A stretch of DNA of 64,000 bases. Source: Patescibacteria group bacterium (GTDB lineage Bacteria; Patescibacteriota; Minisyncoccia; Minisyncoccales; RBG-13-36-15). The notes beneath the pieces were generated by a model. It was not told where the DNA came from and ran no database searches. It saw only the letters and a program-made list of their open reading frames with translations. Location: NCBI GenBank assembly GCA_018609195.1, contig JAHCSE010000001.1, positions 9,559-73,558 of the forward strand, read 5' to 3'. Below, piece by piece: positions 63,878 to 64,000 of the stretch; the stretch's first letter is position 1, and the number at the start of each line of letters is the position of its first letter. The position numbers were made by a program, and so were the translations under genes.

Positions 63878-64000
63878 ATATTCGTTAAAAGCTTGGGTTA
63901 ACGCGGTGTTCTCTCTCTGATTAAATTGTTCGAAGACATATCTCGATCCTTTGGTCTGTGCTCTCCATTGTTGGGGAATATAAAAGTGGTCAGTAATTTC

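Noticed and set aside
1-64000. Search for CRISPR arrays, rRNA genes, transposases/integrases, toxin-antitoxin or known defence-system signatures
   Set aside because: None were found. Apart from the element families described, there is no direct-repeat-spacer array, no 16S/23S/5S-like stretch and no DDE/tyrosine/serine recombinase. The mobile-looking elements are therefore non-autonomous within this window.

Overview
This 64 kb window is AT-rich overall, with a few GC-rich islands, and almost every gene is on the minus strand. Several traits suggest a Candidate-Phyla-Radiation/Patescibacteria-like genome. These are the missing L30, r-proteins with extensions, weak Shine-Dalgarno signals, NrdJ with B12 salvage genes and an all-fermentative gene set. 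I cannot verify this without database searches.

Block 1 (1-22 kb) is the classic translation cluster: rpsL-rpsG-fusA-tuf-rpsJ-rplC-rplD-rplW-rplB-rpsS-rplV-rpsC-rplP-rpmC-rpsQ-rplN-rplX-rplE-rpsZ-rpsH-rplF-rplR-rpsE-rplO-secY-adk-map. It is followed by two small ORFs of foreign composition, then a GT2 glycosyltransferase, a GalT-like gene and tpiA.

Block 2 (22-35 kb) contains an M50 protease, rpmB, tRNA-Pro(GGG), a CcdA-like protein, a divergent adenylate-kinase paralog, a ComEC-lactamase-like MBL protein, a MazG-like gene, two Dph6-like PP-loop ATPases and thiI. It also holds a B12 module (CobO adenosyltransferase, class II RNR NrdJ, a DUF4430 B12-binding protein, a candidate S-component and a candidate cobalamin riboswitch).

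Block 3 (35-62 kb) is a dense redox and metal homeostasis island. It carries a peroxiredoxin, Ni-superoxide dismutase with its SodX maturation peptidase, five CcdA/DsbD-family paralogs, several TlpA- and glutaredoxin-like proteins, VKOR with DsbA, and two cupredoxins. It also has two metallothionein-like genes with ArsR/SmtB regulators, an HMA protein, DoxX, SPFH and CutA. The oxidative pentose-phosphate genes (zwf, pgi, gnd-like, rpiB) and nth sit in the same block.

The most unusual signal is two families of GC-rich, highly structured elements of about 100-180 nt inserted in the spacers of the ribosomal/translation-factor operon. Family A has seven copies or fragments, one inverted at 63.4 kb. 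Family B has two copies. Hairpin stems show compensatory base changes. Several copies are flanked by a diverged duplicate of the host gene 3' end (fusA, rpsJ), and one reads through into the L4 C-terminus. The same host-3'-end duplication pattern recurs at map, where a small-ORF insertion sits.

A second notable signal is an 11-nt motif (A)AAAGGTCGA, usually next to a long CCCC...GGGG-clamped hairpin, found 27-50 nt upstream of at least nine redox/metal genes. No rRNA, CRISPR array or transposase was found.
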